From Perkinsus chesapeaki ATCC PRA-425 (taxonomy: Eukaryota; Protista; Perkinsozoa), in the NCBI GenBank assembly GCA_013115145.1, contig JAAPAO010000120.1:1-64000 (forward strand): a stretch of 64,000 nucleotides of DNA, in the 5' to 3' direction. The position numbers and the translations under genes were made by a program. The notes below the pieces were generated by a model. The model saw nothing but the letters and a program-made list of their open reading frames with translations. It was not told where the DNA came from and did no database searches. How positions within the stretch are numbered: position 1 is the first letter of the stretch; each line of letters starts with the position of its first letter. This document shows, in pieces, positions 12,887-32,628 of the stretch.

Positions 12887-14569
12887 TCATAGGACAGATG
12901 TCGGTGCTTTGGCACGATATACCATTCGGTACGCCGACCTTAAGTCCTTGTATTCCGCCGGCTGGGCGGGGCCAGAGCGCCCCAGCCTACTAGGAACCAA
13001 ACACCCTTTATGTATATTGATGCGGACAGTTGGGGATGATAATCTAATTGAGCATGTTAATACTCTGAATTCACGGTATGGCTCAGTACGCATATTGCGT
13101 AGATCAAGAAGCTCTCGTTAAAAGAGGGTACTTCCGGGATAATATTAGCCACTTTTGTGGACTTCTCCGCAGACTGGAGCTCGCCTTCACCCATTCGGCC
13201 ACTCTCCACCGAAGTCGGACAGCAGCAGCCTGAGAACCTAATGTGTCAAACCGACTTAACAGCGTATTACTGAACCAAGAATATGACATCGCATTAAGTG
13301 GTAGGCTTCCGGCGAGGCTTGCGCTTCATTCAAAGCTCTGGATGCAAACTGCCGAGCGGTCCGTAGTATTCCGATCATATCGGCAAGTATCGGTGCTGAT
13401 CGAGCAGCAGAATGACGAGCCGAAGCTAGCGAGAAGGCTCACCAAATCCATCAATTGATGAGTTGTCTTCATCGCCTACTTCAGCCAGCTGGAGGAGCCT
13501 GCAGTCGACCTCGAGGGAATGTGCGCGTCTTTGAACCACTCTAGGGGATAGGCCTATTAGCCTGGCGCATATTCCTGCTAAAAATAGACCTTGAGTGCCA
13601 CACAGCTATGCTACCAATAACGGAAGTATAAGGTTTGATGCTAGTGCATCCATCCTCGCTATCTTGAGGGGTTCCCCTGTTATAATCGTCCACCTGTACG
13701 ATTCTACCTAAAGTTCAGTTACTCTGTTGTATTTGGGAGCAAGGGAAATGTTACCTCCGATGCAACGACTGTATCTGAGACGGGGAGAGTCTTCGGCGAC
13801 TGCGTGAACTTGACCGATCTCACATTGTGCCGTGATGTATCTCATTCTGCATGATAAATGGTGGGAGCCAGCTCGACTGTGCCACGATAAGAAGGATGTG
13901 TGGACAGTCCGGATCCCTCTGAGACAATCACAGCATAAGACGAAAAGACAGGTTCGATACCATGGTCTGATGGCCTTGCTTCTCCATAAGAAACGCCAAC
14001 CTGTCCGTGAGCCTTCCCGTCTCGAACTCGTTAAAGGGACGTCTCTCAGGCAAAGTCGCCGTCGAATTCTGGCCTCCTGATACCAGCATGGCACACATCA
14101 CCCACAGGCACTTACCATAAGAACTAAGTTTCGTGGATGCATTGCCGCCGCTCCATCCTTCGTCGCGTCCATACTGATCATCCTCGTAACTTGTAGTACC
14201 CGGCAGTCTTTCAAACTCCCTGGCATCGGCTGCGGTAGACTCTGTCTCCTCTGGCCAAGTTCTGCTGCTTTGAGAACCCTCCTGCAGTCTTTTGTATCCA
14301 GTGCCCCATCGGCTGTTGCCCGCTCACCATTTCGTGGTGCCAGCCAGTCCACCCGTGATCGTTTGTAACCATCTTCGCCTTGGCCATAGCCCTATCGAGC
14401 GGCCCCAAGAACACACAGCTAGCGAAGGGTCCCTGCAGCTCAAGTACGTCGGGAGAGTCTCAGACCACTTTACAGAGTCAAGCCCCTGCATTGGGGCTGT
14501 AGCATTATTCAGACCCCAGGGCTTCTCAGGAGCTTCGACTCCCGGAGGAGGTTGCTCTCGGAAATACAT
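12887..14569 (-). CDS. Multi-exon hypothetical protein
   Basis: Consistent minus-strand GT-AG introns (gtgagc...ctgcag; gtaagt...atcag; gtgagc...atcag) link open exons such as EGSQSSRTWPEETES... and LQLAEVGDEDNSSIDGF|APILADMIGILRTARQFASRAL. No family was recognised and the ends are uncertain. Confidence 0.4.
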
Positions 14570-14822
14570 TCCTATTATAATAGGTAGTTGTTATTGACCA
14601 ACGCAACGCCTAGGTGGGATAAGGAATATTCACTCAGGTGTAAACTACAGTCGAGATTGCATCACAAATGTTCCAGGTAGCACTATTATGAATCAATAAC
14701 AAAACCACGACTACCAAGTAAGAGTCGCACCTCAGGCCTCGAGGACACCCCTGGACTTCAGACCATCGCGCAGTAGCTCATACCTATGCAAACATTCACG
14801 GAGGAAGACGCACCGAAGAGCG

Positions 14823-16688
14823 TTACAATTGTAGCTGCTCTGAGTCTGAAAGTTGCATGACCTTCTCCAGCAGATTAGTGAAGGCCGCCGCGCTGTCGGC
14901 TACCACGAAGTTGGTGAGATAGACGTACGTGAACATACCCATCACAACCTGACAATGCTGAGTGAGAAAGAGAGTGCCCGCCGGGAGGACCGACCTGACA
15001 ATCGAAGCGATCAGTGAGGCCACCATGACCGGGAATAGAATCGCCAAAGTCCTTGATCTTGAAAGCTCTCTTGAAGCCTGAAGCCAGGAACCCACCGAAG
15101 GGCGCCACTAGAGATGCAAATATACCGAGGACCTGATAACACGCTTGGAAGAATGAAAGGAGAATATAGAAGTCGGTGAATAGAGAGTTCAAGAGGATGC
15201 TACCAAAGCATGGATCTGCATATCAGTCAGTTGCACTTCGATGCCGAATGGCGGTATAGTGTACCTAGGGTCATCAGATATTGGGAAGGAGTTACGGAAG
15301 GAGCGGTATGAGCTTACGTTCGGAATACAGTGTAGATCTCATCTGGTGTGCAGTGGGGATAAACGAAGGGCTTAAATACGATCTCCTCTTGTTTGCAAGT
15401 GAAGTACTCGTACTTTTGAAGGAAAGAACACCAGACTGAGAACAACTATCCACAAGGCCGGGAAGCTAAAGCTAAGTACTAATGGCAAATATCATAGTGG
15501 CGAAGGAGCCGCCGATAAAGCCTTCCCAGGTCTTCTTAGGAGATAATTTTATAAGGGGATGATCTGATCGATGAGACCGGCATCACCGTGCAGCAGCTAC
15601 AGCGAGGAAACTTACGGCCAAAGAAGAAGCCGAAAAGATAAGCAAAGATATCATTAACAATAACCAGGGATGTGGGCAAGAAGAACCAGATGAGCCCATT
15701 GTAGATGTTAGCAGTCATGGCGATGCCTTGGACCTGCACGAGGGAAAATGAGGGAAAATGAGAGAGGGAAATACCTACCACGACTATGACAAGGGTAACA
15801 ATAGTCCAAGCCAACTGCCCAAACTGATATCGCAGGGTGTATCTGAGGTAAGATTGTAGAAAAGAGCGGTATGAGAATACAAAGGGAAGCTCACTTTCGC
15901 AGACTCAAGACGAATGCCACGAGACCGATTATCAAAAGAGTGTATGAGATGACTCCGTGGTATTTAACAATAAAGTGGATGGAAGGGTACACCATAGCCA
16001 GACGGTCGAATCGGTCTGTCATGAAACGCTTATATCTGAACAGGACCCCAACTTGAGCTATTTTGTATCTTTCATATCCTACCCAATAAATACAGTGACA
16101 AAGAAGAGGTACCAGCGGAGAGAATAAAACAATGGAAGCTGCAGGTCCTTCTCCTTGTTACGCTTAAGCATGCATATCTCTTGAAACATGCCAGCTGCAA
16201 TACCGAGTACCTGATACCAACTTTACCTCCTCCACCCCTAGGGCGGCTATTACCAATAATGAACAATAGAAATGTCCCATGGCCACTACCAGCATGAAAC
16301 CGGATATCATGATGACAGCCCAGAATGTTCGAACTTTAAGGTTCTTCATCTTGCTCGCTGAAAGATTCCAATCCTTCCAACTTTTTTAGATCCTCCTAGT
16401 ACCCATGGGCTTGTCTGCTGACAGCTGGCCTGTCGCGGTCCCGGCGGCCGAAGCGGCCCGTTCATCCCTCTCCTCTTTAGTGAGCAGCTCATGCTTCTGA
16501 ACGGTCCTCTCTGAGACAGCTCCATAATACCATCACTTCGCCACGAATTCACCTCTGGCAGCAGAGCTGTCCCACTCAGAATCATCATCTGGCTCTGTCT
16601 GTGATAGAAGATCTCTCTCGGTGCTAACACGTCTCTGCCTCAAGCTAGAGGCCTCCTCCACCGCCGATTGCTGTTTTTTACTAGGCAT
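14823..16688 (-). CDS. CDS1: Phosphatidate cytidylyltransferase (CDP-diacylglycerol synthase)
   Basis: Motifs [36 protein letters not shown] (15490-15545) and the signature [38 protein letters not shown] at 16688, stop at 14823-14825. Confidence 0.93.
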
Positions 16689-17239
16689 TTTATTCCAACT
16701 ACACAAAGCACCCCACCAGACCTTGAATCGTTAAAGACTCAACGACAAGCAATTAGGAGAAACATACACTATAGCTTCGCACTTAATGGTGACGGGAGGC
16801 TGCCCGGTTATCACGGAACCTGAACCGGCTCTTTAATAAGGGCAACGAAGTGGAATTATCCTTACTGTTGGACCTTCCCTACGACCTTATCTTTCATCGT
16901 TTTGGTGCCTTCTATACAGGGATCGAAGCACGGCCTGAATGCTGACGAACAACTGGGCAATGTCGGTCAATATTGTAGCCTACTGTCTCCTTTATATGTC
17001 CCTACAGCAATGCCGACAATGAGGCCCACACAGAGCTCGATAATCATCACCAACGGAGATCACCAACAAAAACTACATAAGAACTATGTAGACTGGAAAA
17101 CTCAAGCCCACAAGATAAAGGAAAGGAGTGATATTCTGCTTAGTGTTTGGCTTAGTAACCATCCCTCCATAGCATTCTTCTCAATATGGTAGTACCACAC
17201 CCCTCCCTGTAATAATTATACGTCAGATCAGACTGCTGC

Positions 17240-19046
17240 TTAGATCAGATCGGCAACATTCATAGGCATCTCATCGATCTGGGTGGAGTAGTACCTGAGC
17301 AGCAAAGCCTTGGTCCAGAAACCACCGAAGGTTAAGCATTAGTACTGTTCGATATCTCTCAGGATCCTCACATCATCCTCCTTCACGAAGTTGATGGCGA
17401 CACCCTTACGACCGAAACGACCAGATCGACCGATACGGTGAATGTACCTTTTAACGAGAATGATAATATGGAGCTTCGCTCCCCCTTTTTACAATTCACG
17501 ATTATTAGGAAGATCATAGCAGATAACGAGGGACACTTGCTGGACATCCAGACCGCGACCCCAGATATCGGTGGTGATCAAAACTCGGGCCTGGCCGGAC
17601 CTGATCGATTCACAAAAATAAGAAAAAGATGGTATGAGATGGTATCGCTTACCTGAACTTCTGCATAATAGCATCTCTCTCCTTTTGTGGCATATCGCCG
17701 TGCATTGAGACAACGGTGAAGTTAGCCTCCCTCATCTTATTGGCCAACCAGTCAACCTTCTGCTTCGTATTGCAGAATATAACAGCTTGAGTGATAGTAA
17801 GGGTGTCATAGAGATCGCATAGTGTATCGAACTTCCACTGTTCCTTCTCAACCGCCACGAAGAACTGTTTGATGCCTTCTAGCGTCAGCTCATCACGCTT
17901 TACGAGAACCCTACCGACAATCCAATCAACAAAGACCAAGTCCGGTGCTCCCCTACCTGAAGGGGTTGTTCATGAAGTTGTTAGTCATCTCAAGAATCTC
18001 GTTAGGCATGGTGGCCGATACCAGAACGCATTGGGTGCTCGGGGGGAGATAGCGATAGATATCATAAACCTGACGCGGGAATATCTTTTCAGCTGCGAAG
18101 AGCTCCGAGCTGGTGACCTGTTCCTTGAAGCCTCTGTCCAACATTTCATCGGCCTCATCAAGAACAAGCATTTTGAGATGCCTAGTTGACAGGTGACGCT
18201 GTGAGATCATATGATACACACGTCCGGGTGTGCCAGAGACAATATGGACACCGGCCTCCAAGGCACGGATGTCGTCGGTGAGCTTCTTGCCACCGACACA
18301 GCAGTGAACCTATCGAGACCAATAGAACAACAACCGGCTTGATAGTAGGAGAGACATACCTGGACGTTCATATAGTCTCCAAGGGCCAAGCAGACCTTCT
18401 GGCTCTGCTCGGCCAATTCACGAGTAGGGGATAGTATCAATACCTAAACAAAAGGTTGCTGCTAGCTGGCACGTCTAGTACAAGGTACTTGGGGATCTCT
18501 CTCGGTAGGCTTGACAGTCTGCAATGCTCCCAGAGCGAAGACGCAGGTCTTACCGGTACCTTAATAACGCGGCGGTGAAGGGGCCTCGTAGGATGTTGTT
18601 AACAAGCCTTACCGGACTGACTCTGTACGACAACATCCCGTCCTTTGATGATGGGTAAGATGGCACGTTGCTGGACGGCAGAGGGCCGCTCGAAACCGTA
18701 TTGGTAGATACCACGGAGAAGGTCCTGAACAAAGGTAAGTTAGCAGTGGCAGCGGCCAGCACTAATACCTATAACAAACACGTCCCCTCGGGCCCCTCTT
18801 TATAGCACAATAACGATTAAGATACTATAGAGGAGACCAAGGGGCCAAGGGCCAAACGAGGGGCAACCGAAAAAGGATCATGTCCCCCATGAGCGCACCT
18901 CCTTCAATCCGAGGGCATCGAAGCTGTCTAGAACTTGAACATCTTCGCTGAAAGGGGAGTGCAATGGAGCTAAAAGATACGTTGGCCGAGGCGGCGCCTT
19001 ACCTGGTCTCGAAGATGAGTTCGTGATCGTGCTCGTCAAGGCCCAT
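17240..19046 (-). CDS. EIF4A3: DEAD-box RNA helicase eIF4A-III (exon junction complex core)
   Basis: Q motif [47 protein letters not shown], the eIF4AIII-type segment [49 protein letters not shown], and C-terminus [12 protein letters not shown]. Confidence 0.95.
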
Positions 19047-19269
19047 TAGATGTGTAAGGTACGAAGGAGTCGGTAGGAGATAATAAACCCCTGATGGAAA
19101 TAGTAGTGTCAAACTTAGATGACACGTGTTCAGTGATTAGGCGTTGAGGAAATGCAAGATCTGCGAGATTACGTAAGATTCCTCTTTTCGGTCCTCGGAA
19201 GTCTCTACAAGGTCGTGCGGGGATCACCGTTTGTATCCTAGTTTTTATCAGGATCGTTACACTAGCAAA

Positions 19270-20163
19270 ATGGCTGCTGCCGCCAGGGGGGCGAATCCTT
19301 TTTCAGCGCCCAGTCCGGTAGTTAATAAATGGATGGCCGGAGACACTAAGGAGGGTGACGTTATTATACATAGGAAGCATCAGGTTGAAGTAGTTCGGGA
19401 CAAAGAGGGCCATAAGGACAAAAGAGAAAATGATATAGTGGAGATGGCCACAGCGAACGCTGGAGGCTTCGACGTTGTTAGGATGGTACACGAGGATAAG
19501 GAAAGGAGTAACCCCGCGGCTCAGGTGGCTGGCCCAATGGGGCCGGGCCATAGAGGCTGCATACTGGACGGTTACATCAATGAGAGAGTATCTCACGGGG
19601 ATCCGGTAGCTCGACACCGATATCTACTGGAGCACTCCCTGGCCCGGGACATGGGATGCACTGGAGATTTTTATTCACAGTACTTCGGCCAACACGACGC
19701 CTTCAACAGGCTTAGTGACTATAGATTCTTCCCAGTGCGTCACAAGGAAAGATTCGATCCGGCCACCGGGCAGGGTCTAGGCATTCTAGCCGAAGATTTC
19801 TACGACTCCGTTGGTCGGCCAATCAGTCCTGCTCATCATCACCGTGCTTTGCACCGGAAACGACCGCCGGCGGGCGTTGAGTCCGCCAAATGCATCTGGG
19901 TCTTTCGGAATGGCGACGGCCATGACATTGGGACGAGGTACTTCCTCAAGACCAATCAGGGCCGGTACACTCTAAAGCACATATGCGTTGAGCTTTCCGG
20001 TATCTTGAAGCCCACTGGAGGAGCTATTAGGGAGCTGTATGACCAAAAGCTGGACAAGATCACCAAAGTTAGTGAGCTGAAGGACGGTGGCTGCTACCTG
20101 GCATGCGAAGGCAGCGGACCTACTTCTAATAGGCGTAGGTTGATGCGATTTATGTCAGCTTGA
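19270..20163 (+). CDS. Apicortin (partial p25-alpha domain plus DCX domain; TgDCX-like)
   Basis: FNRLSDYRFFPVRHKERFDPATGQGLG is a partial TPPP/p25-alpha motif. It is followed by a doublecortin domain, AKCIWVFRNGD...PTGGAIRELYDQKLDKITKVSELKDGGCYLACEG. The ORF is intronless. Confidence 0.88.
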   Translation: MAAAARGANPFSAPSPVVNKWMAGDTKEGDVIIHRKHQVEVVRDKEGHKDKRENDIVEMATANAGGFDVVRMVHEDKERSNPAAQVAGPMGPGHRGCILDGYINERVSHGDPVARHRYLLEHSLARDMGCTGDFYSQYFGQHDAFNRLSDYRFFPVRHKERFDPATGQGLGILAEDFYDSVGRPISPAHHHRALHRKRPPAGVESAKCIWVFRNGDGHDIGTRYFLKTNQGRYTLKHICVELSGILKPTGGAIRELYDQKLDKITKVSELKDGGCYLACEGSGPTSNRRRLMRFMSA

Positions 20164-20190
20164 AAATTCACATGTAATGTTGTAATCACT

Positions 20191-20911
20191 ATGGCCTTTG
20201 GGATTGTGTTGGCAGTGGGAGGAGCACGAGGACAGTTAAGCTCATGCCAGATGTTCGAAATCCGGGCCGGAGAAATCGAAAGGGACATGGTCCGGCTGCT
20301 GCAGTAGTGCATGGTACTGCTGTGAGGCTGCAAGGTGCTTTTTAGGAAGGACCCCAATGCGGCTGGCTCGTCCAAGCACGAAAGGAAAGCCTTGTATCCG
20401 GCGCCGCCAGCTCATCGGGGGATAGCTGTTAGGATTGCTTCAATTAAGGGTGATGATGATATAAGTTTTTGGTAGGCGTCCATTAATGTGGTGCTTAAAA
20501 GGCACGGTCTGGCCGGACTGCTGACAGAACGGAAGAGAGAGAGTGAAACTGATGAAGAGAGTTGCCCAGCTTGGCCGGTAGCGTTCGGAATTCTTTATAG
20601 TGCGCACAACATCTTTCAGAGAGGTATCTTCCTCGAGCCCGAGCAAAGCTATTGCCAGTTGAACCTAGTCACAATCGAAGACGTATTGCTACCTCGGTAT
20701 AGGCAGTCGGGAAGGTAAGTCTACGCGGTCTCGGCGTCAACTAAGCCATCGGCTACAGGCTGCCGACGGACTATCATGACTTTTTCGATCGGCTACGGGA
20801 GGAATACGAAGATTGCCGGGATGATGCGCAAAGGGCGGTAGGTGTATGCCGGGATGAAGAACTAACTAAAACACTGCACAACATAGAGCTGAATTTACGT
20901 GTGAAAGTTAG
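20191..20911 (+). CDS. Multi-exon hypothetical protein
   Basis: Five 42-49 nt GT-AG introns (one with gtaagt at ~20716, one with a ctaac branch point) give a continuous frame ending ...VLLPRYRQSGRLPTDYHDFFDRLRRNTKIAGMMRKGRAEFTCES*. The start is uncertain. Confidence 0.4.
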
Positions 20912-21002
20912 CCTAGAATAGGCATTGACGGTTCAACACAAGTTTTTCACTTGGAGAACCTCTGCGAGAGAGTATTATTCACCGGCGGTGAATCGTCGTC
21001 AT

Positions 21003-21592
21003 ATGGCGTCGTTGTGGCTTACCGCTCAATCCGCAAAGAAATGGCGGCTTCCTGTTAGTTTTCCAACGCACAGAGCTCTATCTCTAACATACAGTTAGAA
21101 AGAGCTAGCATGGAGTTACCTTGTCAGGGCCGAGTCCGAGAGGTTCGTCGCAGGAGAGCCGCCATTCACTTTACTAAATAATAGTCTACCATCTGCAATA
21201 TCATGCCAACCCAAGAACTCATTTGTGGTGTCTGTCCGAACATAGTGTTGAGTTGTGCAGTGAAGTATCCCTGTAGCTCTGTTGATTTATCTTTACAATG
21301 CTAACAGCTCAGGTGAAGGAGGCGTATCTTGCCCTCAACCTGTGAGCAGCTCCCTATTGGTGAAGATCTTCATGGTTTTTCTTAGGTCCTACGATGCGGA
21401 GTGGGAGAAGATCCTTGAGCGAGCCAAGAGCCTGAAACACAGGTCAGCTCCTTGGTGGTGACGATACCCTATTCCAGTGGCAGGTATAAGGCGGCGGGAG
21501 ATAGGCGGAGGCTGGCTCGAGTCTATAAAGCATTCTCTATCTTGGAGGCTGATAGGAAGAAGAAGGTGATACAAGGGGAGATTGGATGGTAA
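21003..21592 (+). CDS. Small multi-exon hypothetical protein
   Basis: The spliced frame reads ...EVKEAYLALNLSYDAEWEKILERAKSLKHRYKAAGDRRRLARVYKAFSILEADRKKKVIQGEIGW* with canonical short introns. Confidence 0.55.
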
Positions 21593-21988
21593 CCTCGTGG
21601 GGACAAGCTGGCGCCGTAGTGTTATGGTAGAAGCAATTCACCGTGGCAGAGAAGGTGCTTTTAGCAGAGCCGTCATTGCTTAATTGAATAGAGTTCATGG
21701 ATATGAGATAACCAATTCACGTTTCTTCCCTTTGTCCTGAAATAACAAGAACTCAAGTCATGCTCTTAACACTTTAAGAGGGTCTTCAGCCAACACATAG
21801 GTGGATAATAAAACGATCTGGAGCTTCTTGTTTGGGAACTCATATACTTTTCACAAGTATAATTTTTTAGTTATACGGCGGAGACGAGCAGTTGATTGGG
21901 CGATCCCGACGAGACCGTGAGCTCGATGGAATGTAGGTGAGCTAGGGTGCAGTTGAAGGGCTAATGCGTGGTCGGAAGGTTCAACCAT

Positions 21989-23567
21989 ATGAGTAAGGAG
22001 ATCGCCAAGCGTCATCGTGAAGAGAGCGTGGCTGGTTCGTCATCTGGAGTGGGTCTGCTTCGCTCCGCCTTTTTTTATTCTTCGTTTAGGTCGATCTCAT
22101 GCACACTGTTGTGGCGGACGACACAGTGCATACTGGAGAGCTTAAAAAGCAAGAGCCGTCCTCTGCAAGGTACAGCTCACCGGGGCCCACTAATTCAACG
22201 TTATTGTAGTTCCTCCTCCTCCTCCTCATCGTCGTCGAGTAAGAAGGAGGAGCCTCCTACCAAGAAGGCCAAGGAGGGGTCGAAGAAGGAGGAGGAGCCA
22301 GAAAGTGAAGGAAAGGACGAGCCACATCATACAAGTAGGGATGAGGAGACCGATGGTGGGTGATCTAAATTTTAGAGATGTCCGAAGTTGACTGGCCAGC
22401 ACAGTTCGCCCGTATGCGAGAGGGCATGGCCAAACACGAGAAGTGAGGAGAGCGGGGATGTGGAAGACCGTTAACGGCGGTTGGCAGGTACTTTCTGGTC
22501 TGCAAGTTGTTTCTGGAAAAATTCAACAAGTTCATGCGAGAGCCCACAATAGAGCGTCGGGAGATCCTGCATTGCATTGACGCTGTGGCCACTGCGCCCT
22601 ACACTAAGTCGTAGGCGATGCCCGGGCATGAAGGTCTCGTTACTTTGTCAAATCAGGATGCTCAAAACCTTCACGTTCGAGCGTGACGCTCCGCACTCCA
22701 ATGACATCTATCATTGCAATAGCGAGACGCTCAGGGAGAATAGGGAAGTGGCTCAGAAACTGGTCAAAGGGGTGGGTGTGGCGCGCCACGGTCTGGCTGT
22801 CGATAGGGCATGTCAGGTTGTCCTCAATCAGCGCTATTTCACTAACATTCCGGACGGAGTGTTGGAGGCACCTGAGGGGGTTCTCTCCATTTTCGATGTT
22901 TGGGACTTTACCGTCCAGAAGAGGAACAGCCTTTATTCAAGCGATAACTTCGTCTTCACTAAGGCGTGCAAGGACCTCACTGCACTGGTAGTGCGAGGAG
23001 GTTAGTCTTGGCTTGTCTACCGGCTCAAGCAGATGCTCGCTAAGGAGACCAAGTGGAGGGGCTTGAACCAGGACCCGCTGGCATCTAGTGAAGCTTCCCC
23101 CGAGGAGAGTGATGATGTTGATGGGGAGGAGTGTATTGATGGGGAAGGGCTCGAGGTAGGCTGTCACACCTTCGTATATCATTAGCGTTCACAACGTGTC
23201 TGTGATCTCCCTGTGTAGGGCACGTTATAGTGGCCTGCGTTGTTGTCAAGTGTATGCCTCTTACTGTAGGACGATGACATTCCCGATGGATTGAAGTCAG
23301 AGGCTACAAGTGAGGGTGATGATGATGACGATGATGAGAAGGAGCCAAAGCCGAATCTCTTGGCCATTACACCCTCCAGAGGTGGATGGACCCAACCTAA
23401 TGAAGAGTAGGCTCATATACGTCGTAATGGGGGTTGTGGCACCGCCTTGCAGGACCCTCGAGCGTCGACTCAGAGCGGAGTTCGTCCGTTCCATTGGGGC
23501 CATGGTACGAGCTAGCCATCGACCAGGCCGTTCCAGCGATGCTAAGGAGACCATGAAGCAAGTGTAG
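21989..23567 (+). CDS. Multi-exon hypothetical protein with Ser/Lys/Glu-rich and acidic tracts
   Basis: Exons MSKEIAKRHREE..., SSSSSKKEEPPTKKAKE..., a globular-looking exon at 22670-22990, and acidic EGDDDDDDEKE. The 3' end is uncertain. Confidence 0.5.
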
Positions 23568-24005
23568 GTTCCTATGGCAATTTGATCCGCCATGAACCTG
23601 CCTCATTGTTGATAGGTATCAGCATCGGGATATATTCTCTAAGGCCCAGCAAGAGTCTCTCCTTGAATACAATATGGCTATCCATCAAACACAGCTCAGC
23701 ACTCAGAACGACAAGGTGAACCGCCGTGAGCTCCTTGCTGTGTGTTTTTAGTGCCTTTCAGGCCTACCGTTTCGAGTACCGCAGCATTCTGGAGTCGAAG
23801 GCTCCTGTTCGTGACTCTAGAGAGACGAGGATTTCGTTTGACCATCAGCGTGGTGCCTTCGCTACGCCTATGTAAATGATTCCTAGTATAATACGTTACC
23901 ACTGCTTAATTGCCGTTATAACATTCAAAACGGCAATTTACACTGTCGTGTTCAACTATACACTTTAATCAAATGAAACGAGGAACTTTAATGGAACAAG
24001 ATTGT

Positions 24006-24756
24006 CTACTCGAAAGCTCCGTATTGCCACCGTTCACTCGGCTTGGCGGGCGGCAGTTCTCGCTTGTCCTCGGGCTCGGCGGCGCCCGCACCTAACAAAC
24101 CAATACCATAACAGACAGGGCCCAAAAGCTACTTCGGAGGATGTTGGCGACATCACTTCTTTCGTGCTCCTTGGCGAGCTCGAGTGCCGTTACACCTGCC
24201 AGGAAAGTGAAATGAATGCGGAGGTAAGCGCTTTACCATCTTCGTTGGCATAATTAACATCAACTCCTTTCTCTAGTAGTAGCTTCACTGTCTCAGGGGA
24301 CCGTCCCGCACTAGCAAGAATCTGAAACGGAATCTTTACAGTGCGGTTCGGTTGATATCATTACCAGGCAGTTGGAGAGATCCTCGGTCTTGGCGTTAAT
24401 ATTGGCGCCGTGTTCCAACAGCAACCTATAGGGAAAACACTATACCTCGAGAAGCTACTGAAACACCGGTATCCACATCTTTCTAAGCTGAACTATATCG
24501 ACCATTTAGACGATGCTTAAGGATACCGCACAGGGGCTTACTTGGCTACATCAGTATGACCGTTCCTGCAAGCCATAAGGAATGGAGTGCTACCATCATA
24601 GGCCTCGTAATCATCAGGCTTCACTGACTTGTCCACAACGAGCAATCGGTGTACCTGTTGGCTTTGAATGGACGGTTGGGACCAATGCTTCCTTACTTCT
24701 TCGAAATTCCCTCGACGAGAATACTCGAAAAGTTCAACTTCCTCTTCACTATTCAT
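24006..24756 (-). CDS. Ankyrin-repeat protein
   Basis: Ankyrin repeats GSTPFLMACRNGHTDVAK, LLEHGANINAK, PETVKLLLEKGVDVNYANEDGVTALELAKE across short introns. ATG at 24756. Confidence 0.85.
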
Positions 24757-24929
24757 TTTCAAGACAAACAACACTACATGGGGCATTATGTGGCCAACTT
24801 CAACAACTCGACAACATCATAGATTCACACATGCGAAACGGTTACGTGACAAGTATGATAAAAACATTAAAAACTCGTATGCCAATGGCGAACTTTTAAC
24901 TATGCCGTCGGTCGTTGTGACAAAAGCCC

Positions 24930-31697
<6,768 letters not shown>

Positions 31698-31881
31698 TGA
31701 AGATGGGGTTCCCAAGAAAGGGCTGTCGGACAGTGAGATTCGTTTTGGCGCAAGATTATAACGAGTTCCCAAAACCTGTATTCGTGAATCGCTTCGCTCC
31801 GCTAGACCTTCGTGCAGTTTGCATGCACGCAAACCACACCTTTGTGGAGACCTTCTCCTTCTTTCGACCGTGGCATTAAAA

Positions 31882-32459
31882 ATGAACTCGGCACAAGAAT
31901 TATTCGGAGATCAGCAGGATGATGACCATCAGCAAAACTACATACGTAGTAGAGGGGCTTCATGGGGGTGCGGCTATCGGTTGCCACGAAACCGTCAAAA
32001 TTTGGGAAAGCTGTTGGGTGGTGGGAACGAGCCTGTCTGGGATGTCATTGGCCGATAGTAGGGTGATTAGGAGAGTTACAAGGCTTATTTAGTGGCGCGC
32101 GGTAACTTGGGAACTGGTCGTCAGATATCCGCAATCAGCAACGAAATGGTAGGAAGAGTCTGACCATCATCCAGGGCTTGCCGAAGCAGTTCAGCTCGAA
32201 GAAGATACTCAAGCACTTCAAAAAGGTGCTATTGGCCGATGTTTTGTTGTTGGGGAATTTATTGCTAGGAGTTCAACTGCAATGGTAGCATAACAGAGGA
32301 TCCTGAGTTCGGTAAGGTCATTATGATCCAAGGCGACAAGCGAAAGCTCGTAGGAGACTTTCTGGTCCATGAGGGGATTGCCGAGAAGGACTTCGTGAAG
32401 GTAAGATACTTTTTAGGTTGACTTGGATTAGTGGCGTCTGACAGGTTCACGGTGTGTAA
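31882..32459 (+). CDS. EIF1: Translation initiation factor eIF1 (SUI1)
   Basis: Spliced product ...NYIHIRNQQRNGRKSLTIIQGLPKQFSSKKILKHFKKEFNCNGSITEDPEFGKVIMIQGDKR...VHGV*. Confidence 0.93.
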
Positions 32460-32628
32460 GCCTGCCATTTACCTCTGACGTTGTTCCTCTGGATTGTAGC
32501 GGTCTGGATTGTCCTGTAAAATAAAGGCCTTCTATCCTTCTGCTTCCATAGTGTAATGTTATCTTGTTTTTCGGGGTAGCCTTATTCTTCCTTAGCAATT
32601 AGTATCATCCTCTTTGCTTTGCCTCTCT

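Noticed and set aside
16902-17192. 96-aa plus-strand ORF
   Set aside because: It has a non-ATG start and no motifs, and lies antisense to the likely EIF4A3 3' UTR.
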